This document shows positions 20,089 to 30,661 of a stretch of DNA of 64,000 nt, in pieces. The translations under genes and the position numbers were made by a program. Below the pieces are notes generated by a model. The model was not told the origin of the DNA and searched no databases. It saw only the letters and a program-made list of their open reading frames with translations. Origin of the DNA: Archaeoglobus sulfaticallidus PM70-1. GTDB lineage: Archaea; Halobacteriota; Archaeoglobi; Archaeoglobales; Archaeoglobaceae. Location: NCBI RefSeq assembly GCF_000385565.1, contig NC_021169.1:1096571-1160570 (forward strand), read 5' to 3'. Position 1 is the first letter of the stretch. Each line of letters starts with the position of its first letter.

Positions 20089-21105
20089 TCAACCGTAAAC
20101 CCTCCTCCAATCCCGTACTACATAGATAATCCCACCAAATCCTAGACTGGTGGTTATAATTCGAATAACATCCCCGACATGCGGGATTCGGAAGGCAATA
20201 AAGAGGATAACAAATCCTATGACGAGGTAAAGATACGGGTTCTGCTTTTTTCGAGAGAGGAGAACCTTTCCCATAGTGTAGGAAACGAAAACGTTCGATA
20301 GAAGTATGGCGATTGTAAATGCAGAGAGAATTAAAAGAGCAGAGGGAATCCCGATTACCGAGATGAAAAGCAGTACGACAATTATGGCTGAGACTATTAT
20401 TGCGATAAATCCAAAGATGGTTTTCTTGATTAACCCAACACTCCTAACTCCAATCTCTGAATCTATCCTCTCAAACCAATCGGAATTGAACCATACAAGC
20501 AGAAAGCCCAGCAAAAGGAAACCAAAAGCAAATATTTCGGAGAAGTAAGGTGGTAAAATCTTCGTCTCTTTAAAAATCTGCTCTCCCTTCACAAAACCCT
20601 TATTTTCGAATGTCTTTCCGAAAACTGTAATGTTGCCCTCAATAATCCCTGCATTTTCAATCTTTCCACCAGCAACGAAGACATCACCGTCAATTCTGGA
20701 ATTTTTTCCAATTACAACCTCGCCTCCGGATGCGATAACGAATTTTCCCACATTTTTCTCAATTCTTAAACTTCCTCCGGCAACAATCAGTTTTCCTCCG
20801 ACATCTCCCCTCAAATCAACTTTTCCGCCAGCAGCTATTAGATCGCCTGCCACTTTATCGAGAACCTCAACCTCTCCACCGGCAACAATGAGATCACCGC
20901 TAACCGGAGCATCAACAATCACTCTCCCACCGGAAACAATCAGATCATCTTTTGGCTGTTTGATGTGAACTTGGTCACCAGACTTAACTTCCACCGAAGT
21001 GGCTGGAATTGCAAGTACAGTTATTATCAGAACAGCAAACAAAAGCTTAGCGATTTCCATGATATTCATATCAATTCCATTCTTAAAAAATTTTGGCATT
21101 TTCAC
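20089..21105 (-). CDS. Membrane protein with N-terminal signal/TM, bactofilin/DUF4097-like beta-helical G-D-[LV]-x-[VA]-x-G-G repeats and a 4-TM C-terminal anchor
   Basis: Repeats 'GDLIVAGGEVEV…AGDLIAAGGKVDL…GGKLIVAGGSLRI…IASGGEVVI…GDVFVAGGKIEN'. Hydrophobic C-terminal 130 aa. Confidence 0.5.
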   Translation of the reverse strand: MKMPKFFKNGIDMNIMEIAKLLFAVLIITVLAIPATSVEVKSGDQVHIKQPKDDLIVSGGRVIVDAPVSGDLIVAGGEVEVLDKVAGDLIAAGGKVDLRGDVGGKLIVAGGSLRIEKNVGKFVIASGGEVVIGKNSRIDGDVFVAGGKIENAGIIEGNITVFGKTFENKGFVKGEQIFKETKILPPYFSEIFAFGFLLLGFLLVWFNSDWFERIDSEIGVRSVGLIKKTIFGFIAIIVSAIIVVLLFISVIGIPSALLILSAFTIAILLSNVFVSYTMGKVLLSRKKQNPYLYLVIGFVILFIAFRIPHVGDVIRIITTSLGFGGIIYVVRDWRRVYG

Positions 21106-22122
21106 AGACTAAAAATAATTTACACTAATACAAAAAGCATGTTGGTATCTGAGAGGAGAGAATGCGAGTTCAGATCGAAGGAGGAGTTAGGAAAAGCATC
21201 TACAGGATTTGAATAACCATTTATGGGCCGTTTTAGGATTGGATTGCTCCGCACTCCAAAATTGCTGTCTCGTCATATTGACTTTTCAAGCTACGCTCCG
21301 GCGTGCTTTTTTGATGAAATAAGGACAAATAATTCTGAAAACAAACAAAAAAACAAAAAATAAGCACGCCTCTGCTCTGGGGACGCTCGGCAGGCTCGCT
21401 GGATTGCATAATGATCGTCCCGCTTCTGCTCATCATCCCCACCCATCCATTCTTCTGCAAGTCTGCCTCGCTCGAAAAGCACGTAAGCCGGACACGCTCG
21501 CTCGTTCGCTCCACAGCCTGTTCGAGGATTCTAAGAACCACCTCCCGCAAAAAAGGGAAAAGAAAAGGAGGTGGATGTTATCGCTCACCGTTATGATTGA
21601 AAAGTTTGGTGACGGCTTTGAAGGTTTGAAGAAATCCTTGGAGTACTTATTTTTCCTGGGAGAATGACTTTAAGCTCGAAATTAAAGGAAACAGCATCCT
21701 CTCGTCCGGGCTATGTCCCGTCAAAAGGTTCTATGGTACTGCGAGAAGGATTGCCTAGCATTTGCGGGGAAATTTTCCGAACACTTTAAAGCCAAGGTTG
21801 AGCGCATAACGATATAGACTTGCACATTCAGGTTACTTTAAATAGATCCACTTGCAACAGATTCCAGTTCCTAACCAGATCAAGACAACTAATCGAACAG
21901 AAGAAAATCTTAATCCTCTGTTTCAGCGAACTAAAAACTGATTCAACTAAACTTCTCACCAAAAGGTTTGATGCTCAAATCAAGATTGAGAATTCAAGAT
22001 CGAGGATTGTTTTTTATGATATGGTATAAATATAATGCACATAGAAACTATACTTTTTTCAAAAAATCTTACTCAGAATCGAAAAGAGAAAAGAATTAAA
22101 AGATCGGAGCGAATTAATTTGT

Positions 22123-22728
22123 GTGGGCAAAAGGACATTCAGGGATAGAGTAAATAAACGGTTGGAGAAGTTTTATCTTTACTCTGATATGACCGACATA
22201 GTTTCAGTTTCCCGCAGGTATTTTGTCATAGGCTTTTTCGATGGAGTTTTAACCATCTTGGGTCTTATAATGGGTGCGCATTTGAGTGGGGAAGCGAGTT
22301 CACAGTTGATAGTCTCAGCAGGAATTGCTACTGGTCTGGCATTAGGAATCTCCAGTGGATGGGGGGCTTATGAGGCTGAGAGGGTTGAACAGACAATATC
22401 CTTGAGGGAAAAACAGAGAGCTTTACTGATAGACAGGGATTCATGTGCAATCTCTGAAGCCCACAGATTTGCAGTCATTATTTCCTCGCTCGTTCACGGT
22501 ATCGCCCCAATTCCGGCGGCGATTATACCCTTAATTCCATACATGTTCCTTCCATCCGAGGTGGCACTCATCCCGGCGATAGCTATTGGACTGGTTTCCT
22601 TGTTCATTGTGGGTGCGTTTATGGGAAGGATTTCCAAGAAAAACATTATAATATCCGGGTTGAGAATGGCATTTGCAGGAATAGCAACTCTGATTATCGT
22701 AACCGTGCTGAACCCGAGCCATTTATGA
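22123..22728 (+). CDS. VIT1/CCC1-family (DUF125) membrane protein, putative Fe/Mn transporter
   Basis: 201 aa. 'FFDGVLTILGLIMGA' resembles the VIT 'GANDGxVSxxxLxxG' helix. ~5 TM helices. Confidence 0.45.
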   Translation: MGKRTFRDRVNKRLEKFYLYSDMTDIVSVSRRYFVIGFFDGVLTILGLIMGAHLSGEASSQLIVSAGIATGLALGISSGWGAYEAERVEQTISLREKQRALLIDRDSCAISEAHRFAVIISSLVHGIAPIPAAIIPLIPYMFLPSEVALIPAIAIGLVSLFIVGAFMGRISKKNIIISGLRMAFAGIATLIIVTVLNPSHL

Positions 22729-22771
22729 CACAGTTAAAGTTAAATGTATCTTCTCATGAGAATCCTGAAAG

Positions 22772-23083
22772 GTGATACCAATGAGGAAGTACAAGTTCAA
22801 AAGGGGCTACAAACCAACACCGGAAAGATTGGAAGAGCACATTGAGAAATACTTCGGAGAATTCAAAAGGGAAGGAGAGGTTTATATCACAAAATTTGGT
22901 GCGATTGGGGAACTTAGGATGTGGTTTGAGGGTAAGTTACTTTGTGTCGAATCGAAGACCAATCCAAATGTTGCGGAAGATATCGCATTGAATACTTTGA
23001 AGACTTACAACAGATTCCTCGAAGATCTTACCGGATATACTGCAAAGGAGAGACAAAAGATGCTCAAAAAAGAGATTGGCTGA
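22772..23083 (+). CDS. Hypothetical protein (103 aa)
   Basis: An ORF with a putative RBS and a charged, soluble product. No motif recognised. Confidence 0.3.
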   Translation: MIPMRKYKFKRGYKPTPERLEEHIEKYFGEFKREGEVYITKFGAIGELRMWFEGKLLCVESKTNPNVAEDIALNTLKTYNRFLEDLTGYTAKERQKMLKKEIG

Positions 23084-23513
23084 AGAATCATATTCGATTT
23101 TTAATTCCTGATTTAATCCAATAAAAATCCGATAAAAATTAGAAAGGTGTACTGGGAAAACTACCGGTAATCAAAGCAAAAACAGATAAAACGGAGGATG
23201 ATCAGCGATCGCCTGGATAGCGTCATTAGAGGAACAACTGAGATTGCGAAGAATTGGGGTCAACATTCTCGTAATCTCAAGGAGCTTTGCAGTAGAACTA
23301 TACTAAACAATCCGAACACAAACCATCCAGATCCTCTATCCATTCAAACCATACAGACTCAAAATACTATACAACTTCCAAAAACCAACTCAGAAACAGG
23401 GATTCAACTTTAACAAAAAAATTATCAACCCCTTCTAACCTATCAACTCTGCCGATGATGACTGATGGGCGATCTGAAATGTGATGAAAAGGGAGAGTCT
23501 GAGGCGTTAAATT

Positions 23514-24407
23514 TTAAATTAAAGACAGCACGAACTCAGCAAGCTTTACAGCATCTTCCTTCGTTTTCATGATGGTTTTTGCCTTCACAACCTCAACCCT
23601 CTCATCCTCGAAGTCAAAGTCCTCCTCATCTATAACCAGAACATCCAGAAACTCCTGATATATGTCCACAACACCCCTTGAAGATACCTCGTAGCCCAGA
23701 GCTTTCATAAACTTCCCTGCAGGTCCGCTAAACGATCTCGATCCTATTATTGGAGAAACTGCAACAACAAACTTCTCCCTCAGGATTTCTCTGTAACCCC
23801 TGACTGAAATGATTGGCCCTATGCTCGTTATCGGGTTGCTGGGACCTATTATAACAGCTTCAGCCTCTTTCAGTCTTTTTTCAACCTCTTCCGGGATAAC
23901 AGCCTTATCTATGTTTTCAATGAAGACACCCTTAACCTCAGGCTCTCCTTTTCTCACCACCCAGAACTCCTGAAAGTGCATTCTTCCATCAGCGGTTTCG
24001 ATGTAGGTTGAAACTTCCTCGTTGCACATTGGATACACATCCTGCTTTATCCCGAACCGCTTTCTGAGTTCCTTTGTTGCATTGACAAGATCCATCCTTT
24101 TCAGCAGTTCCGTTCTGGCTATGTGAGTTGCTCTATCAAGATCACCAATCATCATGCCCTCATCGACTCCAAGCCTCCTTAGCTGATTGTGAGTTATAAA
24201 GGAGTCATCCTTTATCCCCCACCACTTCGATGTATCGATCATCTCCGAGAGGACATAGATAACCGAATCGATATCCGGGCAGATCTTGTTTCCAGAAACC
24301 CATACATCTTCAGCTGTATTCACAACAACAAAGAAATCGTCATAGATCTCTTTCATCCCCCATATCAGCTTTGGAGTACCTGTCCCTCCCGATAAAATCC
24401 CGATCAT
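23514..24407 (-). CDS. cofD: 2-phospho-L-lactate transferase (F420 biosynthesis)
   Basis: N-terminal '[18 protein letters not shown]' is the CofD/UPF0052 signature. Size 297 aa. Confidence 0.75.
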   Translation of the reverse strand: MIGILSGGTGTPKLIWGMKEIYDDFFVVVNTAEDVWVSGNKICPDIDSVIYVLSEMIDTSKWWGIKDDSFITHNQLRRLGVDEGMMIGDLDRATHIARTELLKRMDLVNATKELRKRFGIKQDVYPMCNEEVSTYIETADGRMHFQEFWVVRKGEPEVKGVFIENIDKAVIPEEVEKRLKEAEAVIIGPSNPITSIGPIISVRGYREILREKFVVAVSPIIGSRSFSGPAGKFMKALGYEVSSRGVVDIYQEFLDVLVIDEEDFDFEDERVEVVKAKTIMKTKEDAVKLAEFVLSLI

Positions 24408-25384
24408 TACAGCTCACCCTTCCATCTCTCAAACTCATCCATCAACCCGGATTTTTTCATGAAGGTTAGGGATACGATGTATTCATCCATGACCTCTCTT
24501 GAGGTTCCGACGATCAAGTATCTTCTGCCGTTGATCTCCTCGACAACCCCTTTAGCCTCTATGACCTCCCCTTTTACCCCCTGTCCGACATACGTGTGAG
24601 TAAAAGACAAAACTGCTGCAATCTCTCCATGCCTCACCGGATAATATGCCGGATAGTCGAAGGTATGGCTGTCATCAACAACCTCTGCCCTTATAACCTT
24701 CTTTCCAATCCTCTTACCTTTATCCTCCGGAATCGGTATGCTGATCCCATCATAGTCTCTAACATAAAGCAGATCGAAGTATGTTGAGCCTATTATCGCC
24801 CTGTGGAACTTCCTCCTCTCATGTGAGACGAAAATATCATAGGGTATGTTCACCTTCCTCTTTTCAAAAATGAAGTTCCACGTTTCCTCAGACGGCTCCT
24901 TCAAAACCCCTCGCTCAATGCTCCTCTTTATCTTCTCCCTGCCCTTGAACCAGTAGCTGCCATACATCACAAAATCCACATCACTGTCTTCAGATTCAAG
25001 TCCTATAAGCCTCGATCCCGTGACACCCATCTTATCCACTGGGATTGTATTGAAAAAATCAACTATCCTTTTAACCTTGTCATCGCTCTTGACGATCTCG
25101 GATATTCTCTCTTCTGGTTTATACACCTCACTGATTTTGCTGTTCGGAATCAAAAAGATGCCCAGCTTGCTGTTGTAGTACTCCATGTTCTCTTTCTTGG
25201 CAAACTCTATCGCATTGCTGTGCATGAGCTTTCTGTACCTCTTACCCTCCCTGGATATCCTGTCTCCGCTGACTGAAGGCACATACCTCAGAAACGCCTT
25301 CACACCTCTGATATGCTTGTATCCAACTATTGAAAAATAGAAATCATCGGCTTTTACGAAGTCCCTGAGTCTTATCGGCTTCAT
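24407..25384 (-). CDS. Pol-beta-superfamily nucleotidyltransferase-like protein, function unknown
   Basis: '[23 protein letters not shown]' matches the G[SG]x9-13Dx[DE] nucleotidyltransferase motif. Size 325 aa. Confidence 0.45.
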   Translation of the reverse strand: MKPIRLRDFVKADDFYFSIVGYKHIRGVKAFLRYVPSVSGDRISREGKRYRKLMHSNAIEFAKKENMEYYNSKLGIFLIPNSKISEVYKPEERISEIVKSDDKVKRIVDFFNTIPVDKMGVTGSRLIGLESEDSDVDFVMYGSYWFKGREKIKRSIERGVLKEPSEETWNFIFEKRKVNIPYDIFVSHERRKFHRAIIGSTYFDLLYVRDYDGISIPIPEDKGKRIGKKVIRAEVVDDSHTFDYPAYYPVRHGEIAAVLSFTHTYVGQGVKGEVIEAKGVVEEINGRRYLIVGTSREVMDEYIVSLTFMKKSGLMDEFERWKGEL

Positions 25385-25387
25385 GGT

Positions 25388-25975
25388 TTACTTTTTTATT
25401 TTGCTCTGGAACATCGCGTAAACCCTTTTGACATCCTTCGCCATAACGGTGTCGCCTTCCCTTCCATAGAGCCTTCCATCTCTTGTCTTTATCTTCGTAA
25501 TCCTGAATCTCTTGTTCTCGATGTCTATATCCTCTCCAACCCTTATCTCAGTCTCCCCGGGCATGTAGAGTGTTACGGGTGTTGTTATGGCTCTCTTATG
25601 CAGACTGAACTTCACACCAACCTCTCCGATGTCCCTAAGCCAAACAGTCTTTATCTTGTCTGATGGAGATAGATCTATTCTCTTTCCGTCTTCAAGCTCA
25701 ATTGATGTAACCTCGCCTATCTTAAAGCCCTCCTCAACCTCAACAACAAGCTCGTCCCCTTTCTCAACATTCTCGCCTTCCTTCAGCCTTACCTTACCTC
25801 TTTCTGACTCTCCTTCAGAGCTTATGATTGCATTTACAACAATCTCTTTTTCAGGAGTGATCGTTACATAGTTTCCACATTCTTCGCATTTGTAGAGGTT
25901 CGTTTTCTCCCTCACGAGGCTGTGCATGGTTGATTCCCTGCAAACATCACAGTAATACACCTTCATATCAATCAC
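25388..25975 (-). CDS. Conserved archaeal zinc-ribbon protein (CDVC…CEEC) with beta-rich C-terminal domain
   Basis: N-terminal 'YYCDVCRESTMHSLVREKTNLYKCEECGNY' forms a C4 ribbon. Confidence 0.4.
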   Translation of the reverse strand: MIDMKVYYCDVCRESTMHSLVREKTNLYKCEECGNYVTITPEKEIVVNAIISSEGESERGKVRLKEGENVEKGDELVVEVEEGFKIGEVTSIELEDGKRIDLSPSDKIKTVWLRDIGEVGVKFSLHKRAITTPVTLYMPGETEIRVGEDIDIENKRFRITKIKTRDGRLYGREGDTVMAKDVKRVYAMFQSKIKK

Positions 25976-26196
25976 CTTTCCAATGATTTCAGAACTGAAA
26001 ATGCGGCTTTAAGGTTTAAAAAGTAATCGTCAAATGCGTTCATCATCGAACCTATCTTTGGTGTTTTAACCCTGAGGATTATCTCATCTCCTTCAAAGGT
26101 GGTTTCATTCCACTGGGTGTCGTCTGGCTTAAGCGCTCTGGATATTATCTCCGCAAAATTATGCTTAATCCTCACTTCCCCATCGCAGAACAGCAT
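25972..26196 (-). CDS. Small protein, possibly KEOPS Pcc1-like
   Basis: 74 aa. The pattern 'EVRIKHNFAEIISRAL…FEGDEIILRVKT…MNAFDDYFLNLKAAF' resembles the Pcc1 fold signature. Tentative. Confidence 0.3.
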   Translation of the reverse strand: MLFCDGEVRIKHNFAEIISRALKPDDTQWNETTFEGDEIILRVKTPKIGSMMNAFDDYFLNLKAAFSVLKSLER

Positions 26197-27476
26197 AACC
26201 TGTCAACCTCCTTTATGAAGTCCTCAACCCTGTCGGGAGGTATGTTGGCTCCGGCAGCAACTCTGTGACCTCCACCTCTTCCTCCAACAGCTTTTGCAGC
26301 CTTATTCATTATCTCTCCTAAATCTACTATCTCGCTCATTCTCATCGTCGTTCTGGATGATACCTTTGCAACATCCCTCTTTATGTTAACCGCTATAAAC
26401 GGCCTATCGCTGAAGATATATCTGGAAAGCACCGTGGCTATCGGCCCTGTGGTGGGTGCGTTGTCCATCACGAGATACCTCATACACTCTCCTTCCTTAA
26501 CCTCCTCTTTCCTTTTGACAATCTCATCCAGAAGCTCAGTTAAGAATTTCCTCCAGATTTCATAACCCTTGTCAAGGAACTTGCTATCCCGCATACATAT
26601 TCCAAAGCCTATGCTGAACGCCGAAACCCTTCCACAGGAGTTTATGATATCGCTCATCATTGTAGCGTTTTTTATTAACTCTGCTTTGAGCATGAATTTT
26701 CTGCCTATGAAGTCGTTTAGTACCTCCTCGCTTCCACCATTCTCCAGCACCCTCAGGACGATAGCATTTGCAAGCCTTCTTACCTCTTCCTCATCAAGCT
26801 CATCCACTTCCCTATCCCCATCAATCCTGACCTTCTCCAGAAATTCCTCAAGCTCGTCTTCCTTCTTGTAGAAATCCAGAAAAGGCTCGATGGAAATCGA
26901 AAGAACTTCCCTCAATTTTCCAGAATACAGCGATAGGCCCTTAACCTCCTCGATGTATCCGCTCTGAATTCCCTCCCTAACTATTTCCGCATTTCCACCC
27001 TTTATTTTCTGCTTATCACCGATGATTCCTGCGAGAGCCAAGCCAGACAGATCCTTATTATCCGCAATCTGATTTGCTACAACATAAGCCGTCCCACTGG
27101 CTGAAAGCTCAAAGGATCCATCTATTCCTGCCAGATGTGGATTGACATGAACAAAGCTGGATTGAGCATCGATTTTTCCAAGCGGGAAATGGTGATCGAT
27201 CACAATGAAATCGGCCTCTATACTGGATACTATGTCCGGATAGCCACTACCCATATCGAGCAGAATAACAAGATCATCTTTCTCATAGTTTATGCCGTTG
27301 TTCAATCCATTGAGAAAGCTTAGATGAAACTTCTTGTTGAACCTGAGCAAAGACTTTGCCATTATGCTGCCAGCAGTAATTCCATCAACATCGTAGTGCG
27401 TGAATATCCTTACGAACTCGTATTTTTCGATCAGATTGACGGCTTTTCTGGCTTCAGCTTTCAGTATGTCAAGCAT
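26172..27476 (-). CDS. DHH-family phosphoesterase (archaeal RecJ/GAN-like)
   Basis: DHH motifs 'HYDVDGITAGSIM', 'LDMG', 'IDHH', and C-terminal DHHA1 'GGGH'. Confidence 0.75.
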   Translation of the reverse strand: MLDILKAEARKAVNLIEKYEFVRIFTHYDVDGITAGSIMAKSLLRFNKKFHLSFLNGLNNGINYEKDDLVILLDMGSGYPDIVSSIEADFIVIDHHFPLGKIDAQSSFVHVNPHLAGIDGSFELSASGTAYVVANQIADNKDLSGLALAGIIGDKQKIKGGNAEIVREGIQSGYIEEVKGLSLYSGKLREVLSISIEPFLDFYKKEDELEEFLEKVRIDGDREVDELDEEEVRRLANAIVLRVLENGGSEEVLNDFIGRKFMLKAELIKNATMMSDIINSCGRVSAFSIGFGICMRDSKFLDKGYEIWRKFLTELLDEIVKRKEEVKEGECMRYLVMDNAPTTGPIATVLSRYIFSDRPFIAVNIKRDVAKVSSRTTMRMSEIVDLGEIMNKAAKAVGGRGGGHRVAAGANIPPDRVEDFIKEVDRLCCSAMGK

Positions 27477-27616
27477 GTGTTTTTAGATGGCCAGGGGATA
27501 GAAAATATTATCGCAACTCATAGCATCTATTACATCCGCCATGGCATCTACATCACAACGAAAGTAACGAAAATTTTCGGGCAAACAATGATATACTTTG
27601 CAGCTAATCAACTATC

Positions 27617-29482
27617 ATGAAAATAGAAGGAAATGTTAGCTACCATGAGAGCATAAACGAGATGTACAAAAAAGTGAAGTCGGAAGAGGTAACCAATATC
27701 GTAGACAGGTTTAACTTGCAGGAGAAAACGAGATGTCCTTACTGTACAAAAGGTTTGAGCTGCCAGCTCTGCTCGATGGGACCGTGCAGGATAAGTGATA
27801 AGAACCCACATGGAGCCTGCGGTATAGATGCTGCAGGAATGGTGATGAGGAATTTCGTCCACAAGAACATGCTTGGAACCGAAGCATACACATATCATGC
27901 CGTTGAGGCTGCAAAAACATTAAAAGCCACTGCTGAAGGAAAAACCCCGTTTGAGATAAAGGATGTCGATAAGCTGAAGTTCTTCGCATCAAAGCTCGGA
28001 ATTGAAGGTGGGGATGTTAACGAGATTGCAAAGAAGGTTGCAGATTATGTCATAGCCGATTTAAGTTCTGTAGAGCAGAGCAAGCTTGTGGAGATCTTCG
28101 CTCCAGATAAGAGGAAGGAACTCTGGAAAGATCTTGGAATATTTCCGAACGGCGTATTTCATGAGGTTCTTACTGTGGGATCATCTTCAATGACGAATGT
28201 GGACTCCAACTATGTTTCATTGGCCAAGAAGAGCATGGCGATGAGCATAGCAACCTGCATGTCCGCCCAGATCGCTCTTGAGTTCATTCAGGACATCTTG
28301 TTTGGCACTCCAAAACCGCATGAGAGCTTTGCAGATCTCGGAATCCTAGATCCGGATTATGTAAACATAGCTGTTGATGGACACGAACCTTTTGTAGGAG
28401 CTGCTCTGATAAAGCTTGCTGAGAGTGAAGAGATTCAGAATAAGGCAAAAGAGGCAGGAGCTAAAGGGTTGAGAATCATAGGGTTCATCGAAACTGGCCA
28501 GGAGCTGATACAGAGGTTTGACAGTCCCGTGTTTGCAGGCATCGTTGGCAACTGGATTGTTCAGGAGTTTGCCCTCGCTACTGGTTGCGTTGATGTTTTC
28601 GCAGCGGACATGAACTGTGCACTGCCAACAATCCCAGAGTATCAGAGATATGGTGTCAAGATCGTTCCGGTGAGCAAGCTCGTGAGGTTCAGAGGGATAG
28701 ATGAGGGACTGGATTACGAGCCAGAAAAGGTTGAGGAGATAGCCAGAAAGCTCATAGACATGGCAATAGACAACTTCAAACAGAGAGACAAGAGCAAAGC
28801 TGTCAGAATCGAGAAGAAGCAGAAAATAGTGGTTGGATTTTCTCCAGAGGCTATTCTCGAGGCTGTGGGGGAGATAGAGGTTCTGCTCGATGCGATAAAG
28901 AGCGGGGCTATAAAGGGAATAGTTGCACTGGTTAGCTGCACAACGCTGAAGAACGGCCCGCACGACCTGAATACCGTAACCATTGCGAAGGAGCTTATCA
29001 AAAGAGATATCCTCGTGCTATCTCTTGGATGCGGGAATGCTGCCCTTCAGGTTGCCGGGCTAACCTCGATGGATGCTGTAAGCGAGGCTGGAGAGAATCT
29101 GAAGGCAGTTTGTGAGAAGCTCAACATACCGCCAGTCCTCAGCTTCGGAACGTGCACCGATACCGGCAGGGCAGCTTACCTGCTCAGGGTTGTTGCGGAT
29201 GCTCTGGGAGTTGATATACCTCAGCTTCCAGTTGCAGTCACAGCTCCAGAGTACATGGAGCAGAAGGCAACGATCGATGCCGTTTTTGCTGTGGCTTATG
29301 GTCTCGTAACCCATGTATCTCCAGTACCTCCGGTAACCGGAAGTGCTGATGTTGTTAAGCTGCTCACAGAGGACATCGAGAAGGTCACCGGTGGAAAGAT
29401 AGTGGTTGAAGAAGATCCGGTTAAAGCTGCAGAGATTCTGGAGAAGGAGATCGTCAAAAAGAGAGAAGCTCTCGGTATCTAA
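27617..29482 (+). CDS. cooS: Anaerobic Ni-CO dehydrogenase catalytic subunit
   Basis: 621 aa with N-terminal 'CPYCTKGLSCQLCSMGPCRI…HGACGIDAAG', the B- and D-cluster Cys pattern of CooS/CdhA-type CODH. Confidence 0.85.
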   Translation: MKIEGNVSYHESINEMYKKVKSEEVTNIVDRFNLQEKTRCPYCTKGLSCQLCSMGPCRISDKNPHGACGIDAAGMVMRNFVHKNMLGTEAYTYHAVEAAKTLKATAEGKTPFEIKDVDKLKFFASKLGIEGGDVNEIAKKVADYVIADLSSVEQSKLVEIFAPDKRKELWKDLGIFPNGVFHEVLTVGSSSMTNVDSNYVSLAKKSMAMSIATCMSAQIALEFIQDILFGTPKPHESFADLGILDPDYVNIAVDGHEPFVGAALIKLAESEEIQNKAKEAGAKGLRIIGFIETGQELIQRFDSPVFAGIVGNWIVQEFALATGCVDVFAADMNCALPTIPEYQRYGVKIVPVSKLVRFRGIDEGLDYEPEKVEEIARKLIDMAIDNFKQRDKSKAVRIEKKQKIVVGFSPEAILEAVGEIEVLLDAIKSGAIKGIVALVSCTTLKNGPHDLNTVTIAKELIKRDILVLSLGCGNAALQVAGLTSMDAVSEAGENLKAVCEKLNIPPVLSFGTCTDTGRAAYLLRVVADALGVDIPQLPVAVTAPEYMEQKATIDAVFAVAYGLVTHVSPVPPVTGSADVVKLLTEDIEKVTGGKIVVEEDPVKAAEILEKEIVKKREALGI

Positions 29483-29500
29483 TTTTATTTTTTTCATTTA
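29483..29500 (+). terminator. Poly-T terminator after cooS
   Basis: TAATTTTATTTTTTTC sits immediately after the stop. Confidence 0.35.
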
Positions 29501-29578
29501 CCATCCATCCGCGTTCGAGTTGATACTCCAGTCGCAACCACCGAAAGAATTTTTTACTATAAATTAATAAAATCGCGT

Positions 29579-30661
29579 GTGAAATATTACTATTATTACT
29601 TTCACCAGGATGAGATGGAGGATGTGCTGGGAGAGATAAAATCCTGGTTTGAGGTTAAGCCAAGGTTCGTGAAGCATAAATTCACGGAAATTCTGGCCGA
29701 TGGAGATTTGATTGTAGGAAAGTACACAAATGTTATCTTTCTGATTTCAAAAGAGAAGATCGAGCTATCGATCCAACCTCTAAGCAGGACTGTAATCTCG
29801 CTTGAATCCGGAGAAGGGTTTAAGAAGTTCAGATTTGGGGAGTACAAGGTTGAGAAAGCCGATGTTGAGGAGCAGATTTTAAAGCTCAACGCTGAGTTCT
29901 CCGAGGAGCTGTTTTATGATTTAATCCCTGCTTACAATATCGAGGCGTTTAAGATAGAAGTCACTCTGAGACAGTGCAATCTGAGTGTTGAAAGCATATC
30001 CAAAGAAGAGACTGAAATTTTAAAGCAGGTTACGAGGATTTCGGAATCTGCAAGGTCTGTAAATACGGTAGATGGGCTTGAAAACACGCTGTTTGAGGTC
30101 TCAAAAATTCAGATGAGTTTTTTCAAACGCTTCTCCACATTTAAGGACATCAACGAGGAGATATTCTCATCGATTGTCAGATTCGAAACGCTGGCGAGAA
30201 AGCTTGATGGCTGGTTTAATGACAAGATTCAGGAGTTCAGGGATTTTCATCAGAGCCTGGTGTATTATGAATCCAAATTCGAGCAAACTCTGAACGGAAT
30301 AAGAGATATGTACTCACTGCTATCCATCCAGCTTGATGTTATGAGAAACAAGGAAAATCTTGAGCTTCAGAGAAAGACTTCATCGCTTCAAGCTGCTGCA
30401 GTGGTTATAGAGTTTGTAGCGGTCCTCTACTACTCACTAAAAATCTGGGAGCACTTTGTGGATTTGGAAGTTATGCCAAAAGGTTTTGCTTTCACGATTC
30501 TGTTCCTGTTCACTCTCGCAGTGGTTGGATACACGGAAGTGCTGTCGCACATCTTCAGGGAGAAAAAGATAAGTGTTAGTTTTATTCTGACGACTTTAAT
30601 ACTTGTTTTGATAATCCTGATGATGTATCTCCTTCCAGCGTTTATCTTCTCAGGAGCCTGA
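29579..30661 (+). CDS. Hypothetical protein: ~270-aa soluble coiled-coil-like domain plus 3 C-terminal TM helices
   Basis: No recognisable motif. The true start is probably an internal Met (MEDVLGEIK). Confidence 0.35.
   Translation: MKYYYYYFHQDEMEDVLGEIKSWFEVKPRFVKHKFTEILADGDLIVGKYTNVIFLISKEKIELSIQPLSRTVISLESGEGFKKFRFGEYKVEKADVEEQILKLNAEFSEELFYDLIPAYNIEAFKIEVTLRQCNLSVESISKEETEILKQVTRISESARSVNTVDGLENTLFEVSKIQMSFFKRFSTFKDINEEIFSSIVRFETLARKLDGWFNDKIQEFRDFHQSLVYYESKFEQTLNGIRDMYSLLSIQLDVMRNKENLELQRKTSSLQAAAVVIEFVAVLYYSLKIWEHFVDLEVMPKGFAFTILFLFTLAVVGYTEVLSHIFREKKISVSFILTTLILVLIILMMYLLPAFIFSGA

Noticed and set aside
21233-21667. Four overlapping ORFs (61-105 aa) on both strands
   Set aside because: They overlap each other, have low-complexity products, and lie in a GC-skewed region. 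They are treated as non-coding.
23198-23413. 71-aa ORF
   Set aside because: Low-complexity product (Q/T/N-rich) in an intergenic gap between convergent genes. No start context.
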